Shown: in pieces, positions 37,324 through 48,443 of the stretch | How the letters are laid out: every line of letters starts with the position of its first letter | How positions within the stretch are numbered: the first letter of the stretch is position 1 | Assembly (NCBI GenBank): GCA_032718475.1 | Contig: JAUCBJ010008906.1 | Location: forward strand, 1-48,443 | DNA: 48,443 nucleotides | Reading direction: 5' to 3' | Source of the DNA: Nemertoderma westbladi | Taxonomy: Eukaryota; Animalia; Xenacoelomorpha | Translations under genes and position numbers: made by a program | The notes under the pieces: generated by a model | The model's database searches: none | Told to the model about the DNA's origin: nothing | What the model saw: only the letters and a program-made list of their open reading frames with translations

Positions 37324-37711
37324 AAATCTGTTAAACCCTTTGACCATCTGAAATTCTAGTCGATTAAGATATCGCGGCACCCACTGATATACTTGAAAGA
37401 CAAAATTCTAGTCTCAGTGTTCTTGTTCCACACATGTTCTGGAATAAATCGGTGCCCATCTTAAATATTAAATATTTAATAAATATTTGTAAAATCTGTT
37501 AAAACAAATGTTACAATAGAGTAAATGCTAACAAATTGACTCTAGAAAATCTATAAATCAAATCTGTTAAAATTTAGATCCTCTAAAATTCTAGTCGATT
37601 AAGATATCGTAGCACTTACCGATACTCTTAAAAGACAAATTTCTAGAATTAAGGATCCTAGTCCCCAGACATGTTCTGGAATAAAATTGTGTCCATTTAA
37701 TATCAAATAAT
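37324..37711. repeat. Diverged direct duplication with ~236-bp period in the E2 post-pol spacer
   Basis: AAATTCTAGTCGATTAAGATATCG and ACATGTTCTGGAATAAA each occur twice in register. Confidence 0.8.
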
Positions 37712-38364
37712 AAAATTCACGGGAATAAATTTTAAATTCATATCCTCTCATGAATTTGATAAATTGTTATTTTATACAATTTATAACATTCCCAAAATTC
37801 CATTAATTAATAGATCATGGGAGCGGAGATTCACCCTATTAAGTATATTAGTGTGCGAGAATCTCCAGTGTACAGTCAATAGCCGATAAAATTCATAAAA
37901 TCATGTATAAGGGGAATATTGACAATTAAAGAATCACTATTAAATAGCATCCCAGATCTGTATGCATGAGAATTACCCTAACTCTACTGCTAGCTTTCCA
38001 TAATGTCACCATAGCAACAACCACGCTAGAATTAGAAGCGAGTTAAAAGAACAATAGAAAGCTTGCCCCCATTGAATAGCATGCGGAATAAATAGCACCC
38101 TGCTAGTATCCAGGGATACATAATAATAACGTGGCATTCTGGAAGGCACTTGACTAACGGACAAATGGCCCGAATGTGTACAAATTGTGACAGGAGTGTG
38201 GAATTTGTGTATTTATAGGTGAATGTTACTACTAAAGTGTGTTTACAGTAGCGAGTCGCAGGTGTGAAAGTTACCCTGCCTCTGTAGCAAGAACCTCCAG
38301 TAAATCTAAGCCCTTGGGACGGACAGTGGAGTGACTCGCGCTGGTTATTGTTGTCGTTGTGTAG

Positions 38365-40653
38365 CTACTACATTGGCGAGAGGCACAGCGACAACAGTAC
38401 ATCAGCGCTGAGGATCTTGCGCTGTCCGGGGGCACAGAGGAGGCAGCGACGACTGCTAGCCTAAATATTATTAATTATAATATCGAAAAACTCATATAGC
38501 AGCTGACTGAGTTGATAGAAGATGATCTTGGTATCAGGGAGTGATATACCCTACCATTGCAAGCGTTTGTTGATAGTTTAATAAGCGGCGACGCTAGTCA
38601 ACATACTACCGAGGACGATGGCCATTATATCGAACCGCCAATGTCAAAGGAACAGCTCACATGTGAATTAGACTATAGAAAATTCACCGCTCGCTATACG
38701 CATCGTAATGGTACGTATATGGACTTCTTAACTATTGGTCATCCTATCGATTTACATGATACGGACAATGTAGACACCGAAAGGGAAATGATTCTATTTA
38801 AATATCATACCCAGCGGAGTCGGAATGATAAACTGATAATCGAACACGTAAATTCTATTCGAAATCGACTCGAAAGAGAAGACGTTGAAGAGCCGGATAA
38901 ACGCAGTGACTTCAACAAATATTTGGAATTCCTGAGAGAAACATAACTCAACGTAGCCAGTCAACAAAATCTAGAAACTCGATATCCTCAAGGTATACAT
39001 CATAACCCTATGATAGAACTCAAACGACTCTATTTCACTATGATGTATCTTACCGCCGATCGACCGCTACCTGTTGTACCGGATAGCTTCGAACAGATGG
39101 AGGAATATTGTAAAACTGGAGAAAGATCACCCGCATTTCCCCTACAAGACGTGCGTCTTTGGTATTATTGTGTTGAATGCCCTAGACCCAACCAACAAAC
39201 GGAAAGACATAAACTAAACGCTAAACACAGTTTTACTCGCTATACTTATGGGAGTTTCGAGCGAAACTTGTTCGACATATCACCTACGCTCGCTCGACTC
39301 AAACGATCCTTAAATAAACCTATAATCTGAGTTCCGGAATACTTGGTCAGACCTCCCCATTTCCTGGTGAGACCTCAGACTCTTGATCCTAAGTGTATGA
39401 CAGATCCTCCTGAACTGTACTCATTGTTCAAAGATCTAGTAGTGTTACCCGAACAATTAGTCGGTGGCACTTCGGTTGTGGGCTCCCTAGATATTCGCCC
39501 ATCCTACCTAGCCGGATTGGGACGCGGACATCTAATATCGCCGTTCAACCCGTATAATCGTCCCAGTTTAACCCCGATACAACCCGTCACCGAGGTGGAG
39601 GAGAGCGTTGTACGAAACGCGTTAGACGCTATTCGACAAAAGATCGGAAAGGGAACCTACGATTGTTTAGATAAACGTAAATTGCTGCAGCAAGTCCAAG
39701 CGGTAAAGGAATTGGCCTTACCCCAGTTCGAACAGGAAATCCAGAATCTCGAAGAAGATATCGAACTTGGACGAACCTACTCTCTACAAGAGTTTTTGGA
39801 TGAACGCTTCCAACGACAAGCGGAGGAAAATCAGCTCGAGGAATGGACGAGAGAGAATAAGCAGCTTTAGCCCAGCCAGAAGCTCAAACCCTTATGACTG
39901 ATCTCTATTCCAAAACCATTATTCATCCTTCGATGGTTCCCCATTTCGGAGACAAACTCTTCGCCACGGTACAACCCCAACCGGTTGATATCAACTTAAG
40001 ATCTAGAGATCTTATCGCTGACGCTCCTATGTTACAACATCCACCAATTGAGGCCGCTCATGTCGACGGTATACTCGTTGAACCTCCGGACAATCGAGCG
40101 GATCTTGTCCATCGTATGGTACACAAGGTCAACCTACGCGCTAGACCTTTACCGAACTCATTTTATGGAATCAAAGACCACCCTTATTATGTCAATTTAA
40201 CTCAATATTATATGGTGAAACCGGAAGATCCTACGCACAGTTTAAAGTTTCTACCATTGATAAATCCAGCTACAAGAAGTTCATAGACGACCATATGAAT
40301 ATAAAGCCAGAGAACGCGAGTTGGAGAGAACCATAAAACCGAGGAAATTTCTCACTACACACGGTCAATCTACCGCTATCGTGCAAACGACCCATCAGGG
40401 ACCAGTAAGAGCTGCTGTCCTGAAACGCGCTCAAAAGGTTGTTCGACCACGTTCCACTGAGGTTGATATCGATCAACCGGGTACCTCGATCGGCGGATAC
40501 ACCAACCGTAATCCGAAACCTTCCGATGCAATTGTATTGCACCCCTCACTCAGGAGTTATAGCCCTCCTAGTAAAGTGGCCCGCCCCAAAGAGAAAAGAA
40601 CTCTTACTAGCCTCAAAAAACTTTGTAAACGCCGTTCACATAAGAAGGACTAA
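38365..40653 (+). pseudogene. Decayed additional ORF of E2, product unknown
   Basis: ORFs 38557-38946, 39010-39330 and 39343-39870 share one frame separated by single stops; 39894-40286 and 40321-40653 follow after frameshifts; ends ~80 bp before the 3' LTR. The start is uncertain. Confidence 0.65.
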
Positions 40654-40731
40654 TAGTTTAGAGTATTTTTGTATTTTAGAAACTGTGATTTTTTATATTT
40701 TATAGACTTAAATCCCATTTTTTGGGAGCGG

Positions 40732-41855
40732 TGTAAAAGCTTTTGCGGACATAACAAGTCATTTTTACACAATGTGCAGAATACTCTAAAATAGCCCTAA
40801 ATTTGTCCAACTACGCGACAGGAGGGAATTAGAGCCAGGATGACGAAATCTGTCAGCTGATTCTTTATGGACGTGGAGTTTCTTTGTTCTGCCTTATTCA
40901 GCCAATCAGAGCAATTTTCCCTTTATGTCGAACAGAAACCTATGGAAACTCGCGCAATGCATTACGGTCTTTGTTTACTATTTTCTGAGCATCAGAGCCA
41001 GCTCGGAATTTTCTGTGCTTCTGTGTAGAAGTTTCAGACTTTGGCCTAGGAACATCAGATGGCCTTGATTATAAGAACATAAAACTATTAACGCATTGAA
41101 CATTGCTGCACATGGCATCGCATCACATTGTCATACTTGGATACACATTTCATAACTGCATAAGTAACACATACTGACTGTTCACCGCATTATTTTACTT
41201 CTGTTATTAATTGTTGTTATATTAATGGATATTGCTGTTATATTTGGAGAATACCGATAAATAATCATAAACCCCTCAATCTTCTTGATTACTGAGGTAA
41301 GAGGAACAGGTTTACCGGTTGCAACTGCGACTTACATATTATTGGTTTTGTGTGAATTAAATGCTATTCCATAATCCCTACGTGTGTCAGTTGCGATTCT
41401 CCTTATATATGATCAAATTCAGTGATGGTCGGCAGATTAGTGTGAAGTCGTGTGAAGTAGTGTGAAGGTTAATAAAGCATCTCCTAAAGAATGCGCTATT
41501 TACGAAACTCTGTGGCCATCTAGTTGTAACTCATAACTCTGTTGTCATAACTCTGTTTTTATACTTAAAGCGCCACGTCCTAAAGGAACTGTTAATATTT
41601 CCCCGAAAGTAAATATATTTTTCAGAGATTATATAGTAACGATCAATCGAATAATAAAGTAGGTCTACACTGCAATAACTCTCAAGGAATCCGAATCCAG
41701 TCTCCCACACCGTGGGTCATACGCCGCGCACGGACTGGCTTCGGCTGATGTAACTTCAGTACAGTAGGTAATTGATATAGGCTAAAGTCGATTTATAAAC
41801 AAGAGGACAACTAAAATTGGCAGGTTAAACTGCTAAAGGTCTAAAAGCGCGAACA
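40732..41855 (+). repeat. 3' LTR of E2
   Basis: TG...GCGCGAACA followed by TSD AGCTA. Confidence 0.95.
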
Positions 41856-43680
41856 AGCTACGCGAACGTCGTGATCTTTGTGAAATTTTGTGATTACCAA
41901 TACTATAGGTGGAGCTTCGCAAACGTTGCGATCTTCGTGATATTTTGTGCTTACCAATAATATAGGTGGAGCTTCGCGAACGTCGCAATATTTTGTGTTT
42001 AACAATACTATAGGTAGACCTTCGCAAACGTTGCGATCTTCGCGATATTTTGAGTTTAACAATACTATAGGTGGAGCTTCCAAACGTCGCGATCTTCGCG
42101 ACATTTTGGTTTTAACAATACTATAGGTGGAGCTTCCAAACGTCGCTATCTTCACGATATTTTGTGTTTAACAATACTATAGGTGGAGCTTCCAAATGTC
42201 GCGATATTCGCAATATTTTGTGTTTAAAAATAATATAGGTGGAGCTTCCAAACGTTGCGATCTTCGCGATATTTTGTGTTTAACAATACTATAGGTGGAG
42301 CTTCCAAACGTCGCGATCTTTGTGATATTTTGTGTTTAATAATACTATATGTGGAGTTTCGCAAACGTCGCGATCTTTGCGATAGTTTGTGTTTAACAAT
42401 ACTATAGGTGGAGCTTCGCAAATGTCGCTATCTTCGCGACATATTTTGTGTTTACCAATACTATAGGTGGAGCTTCGCAAACTTCACGATCTTTGTGATA
42501 GTTTGTGTTTACCAATACTATAGGTGTAGCTTCCAAACGTCGCGATCTTCGCGATATTTTGTGTTTAACATTACTATAGGTGGAGCTTCCAAACATCGCA
42601 ATCTTCGCGATATTTTGTGTTTAACAATACTATAGGTGGAGCTTCCTAACGTTGCGATCCTCGCAATATTTTTGTGTTTAAAAATACTATAGGTGGAGCT
42701 TCGCAAACTTCGCGATCTTTGTGATATTTTGTGTTTACCAATACTATAGGTGGAGCTTCGCAAACTTCGCGATCTTCGCGATATTTTGTGTTTACCAATA
42801 CTATAGGTGGAGCTTCGCAAACTTCGCGATCTTTGTGATAGTTTGTGTTTACCAATACTATAGGTGGAGCTTCGCAAACGTCGCGATCTTCGCGATATTT
42901 TGTGTTTACCAATACTATAGGTGGAGCTTCGCAAACGTCGCGATCTTCGCGATATTTTGTGTTTACCAATACTATAGGTGGAGCTTCGCAAACGTCGCGA
43001 TCTTTGTGATATGTTAGCTTATCCAATTCCGCTAACACCCCATAAAGTGAGCCGTTAAGCAATATTGGGAGCACGAGGTTGATTACCCAACCTCGTGTCA
43101 CCCCAATAAAGTGGGAAGGAGAAACGCACAATAGGGGTCAGGGGTTACACCCCTGACAGAGAGAGAATAGCAAGGGCGAAGGGAAGCACTTCAGAGGGGG
43201 GCAAAGGGTGACAAGTAGGATATTAGCCAATAGGGGGGAAGCATCGACTGGGTACAGTAACAACGGCCAAACCGTGCAATATATATTACCGGTCGATGCA
43301 GCATTCATTCAGTTTACTCAGTCAGTTCAGTAGGGTGGAATGGTGACTTCTATCACCGTCCGCTACCGCCATCACATGTAATACTTATCTACCGGTAACC
43401 GTGTCATCCATTCAACTGTGCTATATCAACTATATTATACCTTTATACATTTTACCGAACATCAGAACTCTTAACGTCTTAACGAACCTTTTCATATACA
43501 CGGCGGGGACGCGTAGATAGAAAACCCAAACGGATAAATCGGGATCCGTAGATCCCGTCACATGATAGTTTGTGTTTACCAATACTATAGGTGGAGCTTC
43601 GCAAACTTCGCGATCTTTGTGATAGTTTGTGTTTACCAATACTATAGGTGGAGCTTCAGAAACGTTCAGATCTTTGCGAA
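41856..43680. repeat. 57-bp tandem satellite (~22 monomers), interrupted by a solo LTR
   Basis: Monomer ATATTTTGTGTTTACCAATACTATAGGTGGAGCTTCGCAAACGTCGCGATCTTCGCG, with 56-bp variants. Confidence 0.95.
43012..43562 (+). mobile_element. Solo LTR of an E1-related BEL/Pao subfamily
   Basis: TGTTAGC...GATCCCGTCACA, 551 bp, colinear with but clearly diverged from the E1 LTRs; TSD TGATA (43007-43011, 43563-43567). Confidence 0.93.
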
Positions 43681-43894
43681 TGTTCCAGAACATATTTTAA
43701 AAAGAAAGAAAATCGATTACTAATAAATATTATAGTTTTAGTTTAAAATATTTATGTTCTAGAACAAAATATATTAGTTCTTGAGAAAAAAGTATTTTTA
43801 AATAAATCATTAATATGTTCTAGAATATCTTCAAAATTTTTGTGAAGATTGTGAAAATCGCGAAATTTCACAAACATCGCAACTTTTGGGAAGA

Positions 43895-45480
43895 CCCGAG
43901 TTGGTGCTTTGGGTCCCGACTGGGGTAAATCTCTATTGTGGTCGTAGATGATCCTATGCCTTGCCGCGCTTTTAATAACTGAAGGCTGATGTTAGTGCCG
44001 GATAAATCAGAGTTTGACGTTAATATCACTTGATGTTTTTGGATCTCTGCTAGTCTGATATAAGTAGATAATATTCTAGATAGATAAACAGTATAATACA
44101 TCGGGCGATGGTGGAAAACTATCTAGCTACTACACCAGTAAATTTTCCAACTGAAGTAGCCATCACATGACCGACACTATATATGTTATATGGAAAATTA
44201 GAGAGAATATTACACAGCCCCCACACATATACCTGCCAACCAATCGATACACTCACCACCCTCTGTGTTCTAAACCCCGACCGCTGTGTTGTTTGGTACT
44301 ATATGCGTTGCCGGCTGTAGGCTGTAAGGCTCACAACTATACAGATACCAACTGAATCATATCCCACAAGTACAACGGTTATATTATTAACACATATTAG
44401 TTACTCCTACTGTACTGAGCGGCCTGGCCAATAGATGTGTTCCGATCACCTGTTTTCCCCTCCGATCATTGGCTAACCTAATTAATTTCCATCTCGCCAC
44501 TCCCTGCTGCAACTATCCCCACGTGCTAGCCCTGCTAGCCCCTTTGTCCCTCTGAGATGGTTTATGACCTCTCAACTTTCTTTGTGGCTGGCGATGTGTA
44601 TCGCCTAAGTTGGTTATTAGGTGACATAATTATTGGTAATGTCACCTTCCCAACAATAATTGGTAAAATGCCACTTTGCGCATTTTCCGCTGGGTAGTGC
44701 AGGGAATTGAATCCGCTTACACTCTGTGGTCCTCCCAATGGACTGCTTATTCCATTCCTACAACATAATATCCCCTTTGCCTGGTGTTAGCCCCTGATTC
44801 GTAAATCAGTCCACTTCTCCAATCTCCTGGCAGGTGGCGTGCAGCGGGATGGATCCGCTTACACTCCCCCTACGCTATCTTCCCTGTGAGAAGAACGCAT
44901 CAACCAATAAGTCTGCTCCATTCCGCTGGAATCCAATCTAGTATTGTATATGCGGTGCAAATATCTTCTCTGGGGCCAGTCTTCCAGTCTGGCCCCACTG
45001 GGTCTGAGTTCACTACCCATCCTTGGTACATATGCGAGATAAGTTGTACCAAGGCATGTGAGTTCTCTATTTTAGACGATTGCCCCTCCTCCTCACTCAA
45101 TTTTTAACTGGATACTGTTGTCCAATCTCACCACTCCTCACTCACCTCATTAGTCCCTCGGCTCGCTCCCCTCATTTTCCGAATGTCGCACCCTTCATCC
45201 TCCCTCAAGTCCTCATATTCTATCATCACATCCCTTTTACTCAACCCCTTTTACTCAACCCCTTTTACTCTCATCCTCTCACCCCTGTCGGATTCCCACA
45301 GTCTCACACATGTGTACACTATATATGATAAGTGGGTCCCTTTGTTGTCTCGTCCTCCTGTTTCAGTCAATGAGTCCCCCGTCCCAGTAGCTAATTGAGA
45401 AAGGTTATATTTGACTATAGTACATACGTGGTGGTTATATTATCTAATCTACGTAATATATTGCACTTCGGATTATTTGC
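43895..45480 (-). mobile_element. Probable remnant of the 3' region and partial LTR of a third, E1-like LTR element
   Basis: The reverse complement of 45363-45428 aligns with E1 19100-19160; the minus strand is purine-rich; GGGGGCTG|TGTAAT at 44222-44209 resembles a PPT/LTR junction. Confidence 0.5.
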
Positions 45481-45769
45481 ATATATATTAATTTGATTAT
45501 TTTTATATTTACGGAGGGAGTTCTGAGTTCTTTGTATGCATTAGTTAGTTTAGTTCTGAGGATATTTCATTTTACAGGATATTTCATTTTACAGAACACA
45601 AGCGAACACAGTATAACACACCCGAACACAATCCAAAAACTGCCGAACACAATCGAACACAGTCGGAAATATAAAGAGCACAAAAATTTACACTGGTTAT
45701 CATCTTTTAGATAAAATTAGCCATGCATAACAAAATAAAATATTGAAAATTGGAAACTTGAAAAAGATA

Positions 45770-47470
45770 ACATAATATTGCGGAAGGAGATTGCTCATCT
45801 CCAGTCTCATAATGACGCACAAGATCAGTACAGCCGTCACCATAATATCCTGCTACACGGAGTATCTGAAGACGAACCTATAAAGAAAACACGAAGTGGG
45901 GCCTTCGCGCAGCACGTGAAATGAGTTAATGCTAAGTATCAACTCGAAAGGATTATAAAAACATAGGAGAAGATTTTCCCGGAAAACGTTAACCCTCTAG
46001 CGGGAGACTGGGTAACTGAAGAAGGAAGGATTAGTTTCCCTACAAAGCCACAGCCTATGGTCTATTACATATCTACCAAGTTTCCGATTGACGGATCATA
46101 AATAACGAAATGTTGGAAGGTTTTCACTTTCATACATTTAGCCCTCTAGCGGCATATTAAAGAACTACGGATCGATCACCTTCCTCACAAAGACGAGGCA
46201 TGTGGTCTAGTACATACCGGTACTGTATATTCCAAAATTCAGCTTAAATAGATTAAGATCAAGGAATTCGCGAAGGTTATCACTTTCCTAAATTTCGCCC
46301 TCTAGCGGCAGACTCGAAAACTCCGGACCGATTACTGTCCACACAAAGACTTAGGATGTCTTCTAGTACATATATGACAAGTTTCAGCTTGATCAGATCA
46401 TAAATAACTAAATGGGAGATTAATTTCACTTTCGGGACATTTTGCCTTCTAACGGCAGACTGGAGAACTGTAAACGGATTCGCCTCATTTGAAAGTCATA
46501 GCTAATGGTTTAGTACATATCTGCCACGTTTCATCTTAAACGGATTAAAAGCAAAAAATGGGAAGGACATTTAATGTTTAGACATGTGGCCCTCTACCGG
46601 CAGACTGGAAAACTTCGGACCGATTACAATCCACACAAAGACTCAGGATGTCATCTAGTACATATATGACAAGTTTCAGCGTAATCAGATCATAAACAAC
46701 TAAATGGAAGAATAATTTCACATTCGGGACATTTCGCCCTCTATCGGCAGACTGGAGAACTGCAGACAGATTAGCCTCCTTTGAAATTTACAGCTAATGG
46801 TCTAGTACATACTTCCCAAGTTTCAGCTTAAACGGATTAAAAGCAAAGAAATGGGTGGCCATTTAATGTTTAGACATGTGGCCCTCTAGCGGGAGACCAT
46901 TGCACTGATGGTGTCTGAAAGTCTCTCAAACGTCTCAACTTTAGCTCATATTGATACCTACAAATTTTCAACTTGGCAGCTTTAAATCCGACAAAGTTAT
47001 TAGCATGTCAAAATCGTAACGACGACAACGATTTCACTTTCAGACCTTTGGCCCTCTAGCGGCAGACTGGAGAACTGCAGATGGATTCGCCTCCTTTGAA
47101 AGTCACAGCTAATGGTCTAATACATATCTGCCAAGTTTCAGCTTAAACGGATTAAAAGCAAAGAAATGGGAGGGCATTTAATGTTTAGACATGTGGCCCT
47201 CTAGCGGGAGACCATTGCACTGATGGTGTCTGAATGTCTCTCAAAAATCTCAACTTTTGCTCATATTGATACCTACAAATTTTCAACTTGGCAGCTTTAA
47301 ATCCGACAAAGTTATTAGCATGTCAAAATCGTAACGACGACGACAACGACGACGACGACGACGACAACGACGACGACGACGACGACGACAACTATTTGCA
47401 TAAATTGACCCACCCCCTAACAGTGTCAATTCGCTAAGGCTCCGCCAACTTCGTGGCTCGCCCCACAATA
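45770..47470. mobile_element. HINE/Helentron-like non-autonomous element with ~147-bp core repeats
   Basis: About 9 diverged units anchored on GCCCTCTAGCGG, then a (GAC)n microsatellite and two short terminal hairpins (47403-47431; GCCA-ACTTCG-TGGC 47444-47457). The class is inferred from architecture. Confidence 0.65.
47334..47391. repeat. (ACG/GAC)n microsatellite
   Basis: Direct reading. Confidence 0.95.
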
Positions 47471-47484
47471 GCTTTAATTGTTTC

Positions 47485-47600
47485 TCTCGGAATACAGGAG
47501 TGTGAGATTGATGTAATTCATCGTCTCGGGAAACCTAAGCATGATTCGGACAAAATCCGACTGGTCCTGATACAGTTATTGTTCATTCACGTCGAACTTT
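47485..47600 (+). pseudogene. Short fragment of a LINE ORF1 (L1-like RRM)
   Basis: LGIQECEIDVIHRLGKPKHDSDKIRLVLIQL matches the ID.xHRLG...RPVIV motif, also seen in ORF1 at 26760-27674. Confidence 0.55.
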
Positions 47601-47684
47601 ATGTTTCAAGAATAGTGATAAGTTACCACAGGGGATGTAATTCAGTGAGCACTTAACCGTATTGTACCAGTATAATAAAATAAT

Positions 47685-48378
47685 TTTTTTTTTACTTTAC
47701 AAGCCTCATTTATTCACAAAATAATAAAAACCTTCAGAAATACAAACACAATTATAGGCACTATAACAAACAACTAAAAACAGTAATTACAGAAACGCGG
47801 GAAATTTAAAAACTTAAACAACAACAAACAGGTAAACTGCACCACCACCAAACAGCCTGTAACCTATCTAAACATGCCTGCGCCTGGCTCTGTGTCGGCG
47901 TTCGCTAACACGATGGAGGTGTCAGCGACATCTGCTGCCCGTACCGGTCTCTTGGCGGCAGACCGGAACCCCCGCAGACACATTAGGGATGACCTGAGGA
48001 GCGCGAAGCTAATTCGTCGCCGCACCCACGAGATGCACTCTGGGTATGGGATCTGCCGCTTCTCTGCCAGTTTTAACGCGAGGCGCTTGATGAACTGGCG
48101 ACACAGCGGCGCCATTCCTCCGAAAGTCGAGAAGATGAGATGAGTGAAAGTGGCGTGTTCCACGTCCCGGATCCTCTCCTCGTACTTCCGGATCTTCCGC
48201 GCCTCGTGGTGGAGATGGGTGGTGTCCAGCGACATTGCCGCATTGGTTGCCGCCAGCGGGTTGAAAACCGACACATCAATAAACATCTTCTGGAAGCGGT
48301 TGCCCCAGAATCCGCTTACTGACACGTCCAGTCTCGCCTGCTGATCTGTCGAGGTGGAGAGGAGGGAGAATGTCTCTC
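47685..48378 (-). mobile_element. 5'-truncated CRE-type retrotransposon (RLE domain + 3' UTR + poly(A))
   Basis: ORF 47864-48325 is homologous to the C-terminus at 17760-18216 (SVSGFWG..DVSVFNP..HEARKIRKY..ISFALLRSSLMCLRG); T run at 47684-47693; TSD CCAGTATAATAAAATAAT at 47667-47684 and 48379-48396. Confidence 0.93.
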
Positions 48379-48443
48379 CCAGTATAATAAAATAATAATT
48401 AAATACTATGTGAAATTAAAACAAAGTTAATACAGAAAGGCCT

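Larger units (their letters stand above)
20552..41855 (+). mobile_element. BEL/Pao LTR retrotransposon E2, decayed, with nested CR1-group LINE and an extra 3' ORF
   Basis: Paired ~1.13-kb LTRs, 5-bp TSD AGCTA (20547-20551, 41856-41860), purine tract GGGAGCGG before the 3' LTR, Pao-type pol at 33050-36794. Confidence 0.94.

Noticed and set aside
42518-43131. Basic repetitive ORFs (RSSTYSIGKHKISRRSRRL)n resembling protamine or histone tails
   Set aside because: A by-product of a 57-bp unit being a multiple of 3; several frames are open and 56-bp monomers break the frame.
41856-43680. Possible CRISPR array
   Set aside because: Head-to-tail 57-bp monomers with no unique spacers, no cas genes, and a eukaryotic context.
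47283-47468. Poly-Arg ORF on the minus strand
   Set aside because: Translation of the (GAC)n microsatellite.

Overview
Eukaryotic DNA, most likely from an invertebrate animal, made almost entirely of nested transposable elements around one host exon (a fibrinogen C-terminal domain, 4325-~4960). Left to right: a decayed RTE-clade LINE (-); a small HINE/Helentron-like repeat; the FReD exon; a complete BEL/Pao LTR retrotransposon (E1, 4964-20244, TSD CCTAT) with a CRE-type RLE retrotransposon nested in its 3' tandem repeats; a 57-bp satellite split by a second, unrelated BEL/Pao element (E2, 20552-41855, TSD AGCTA) that carries a nested CR1-group LINE and a decayed extra ORF of unknown type before its 3' LTR; a solo LTR related to E1; a remnant of a third LTR element; a HINE-like array of ~147-bp units with CTCF-like motifs; and a 5'-truncated CRE copy with TSD. 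Main observation: neither BEL/Pao element has a TGG-type tRNA primer-binding site. In each, the bases right after the 5' LTR are the reverse complement of a stretch inside its own LTR, which suggests Tf1-like self-priming in BEL/Pao. All calls come from manual motif reading with no database searches; boundaries without TSDs are approximate.
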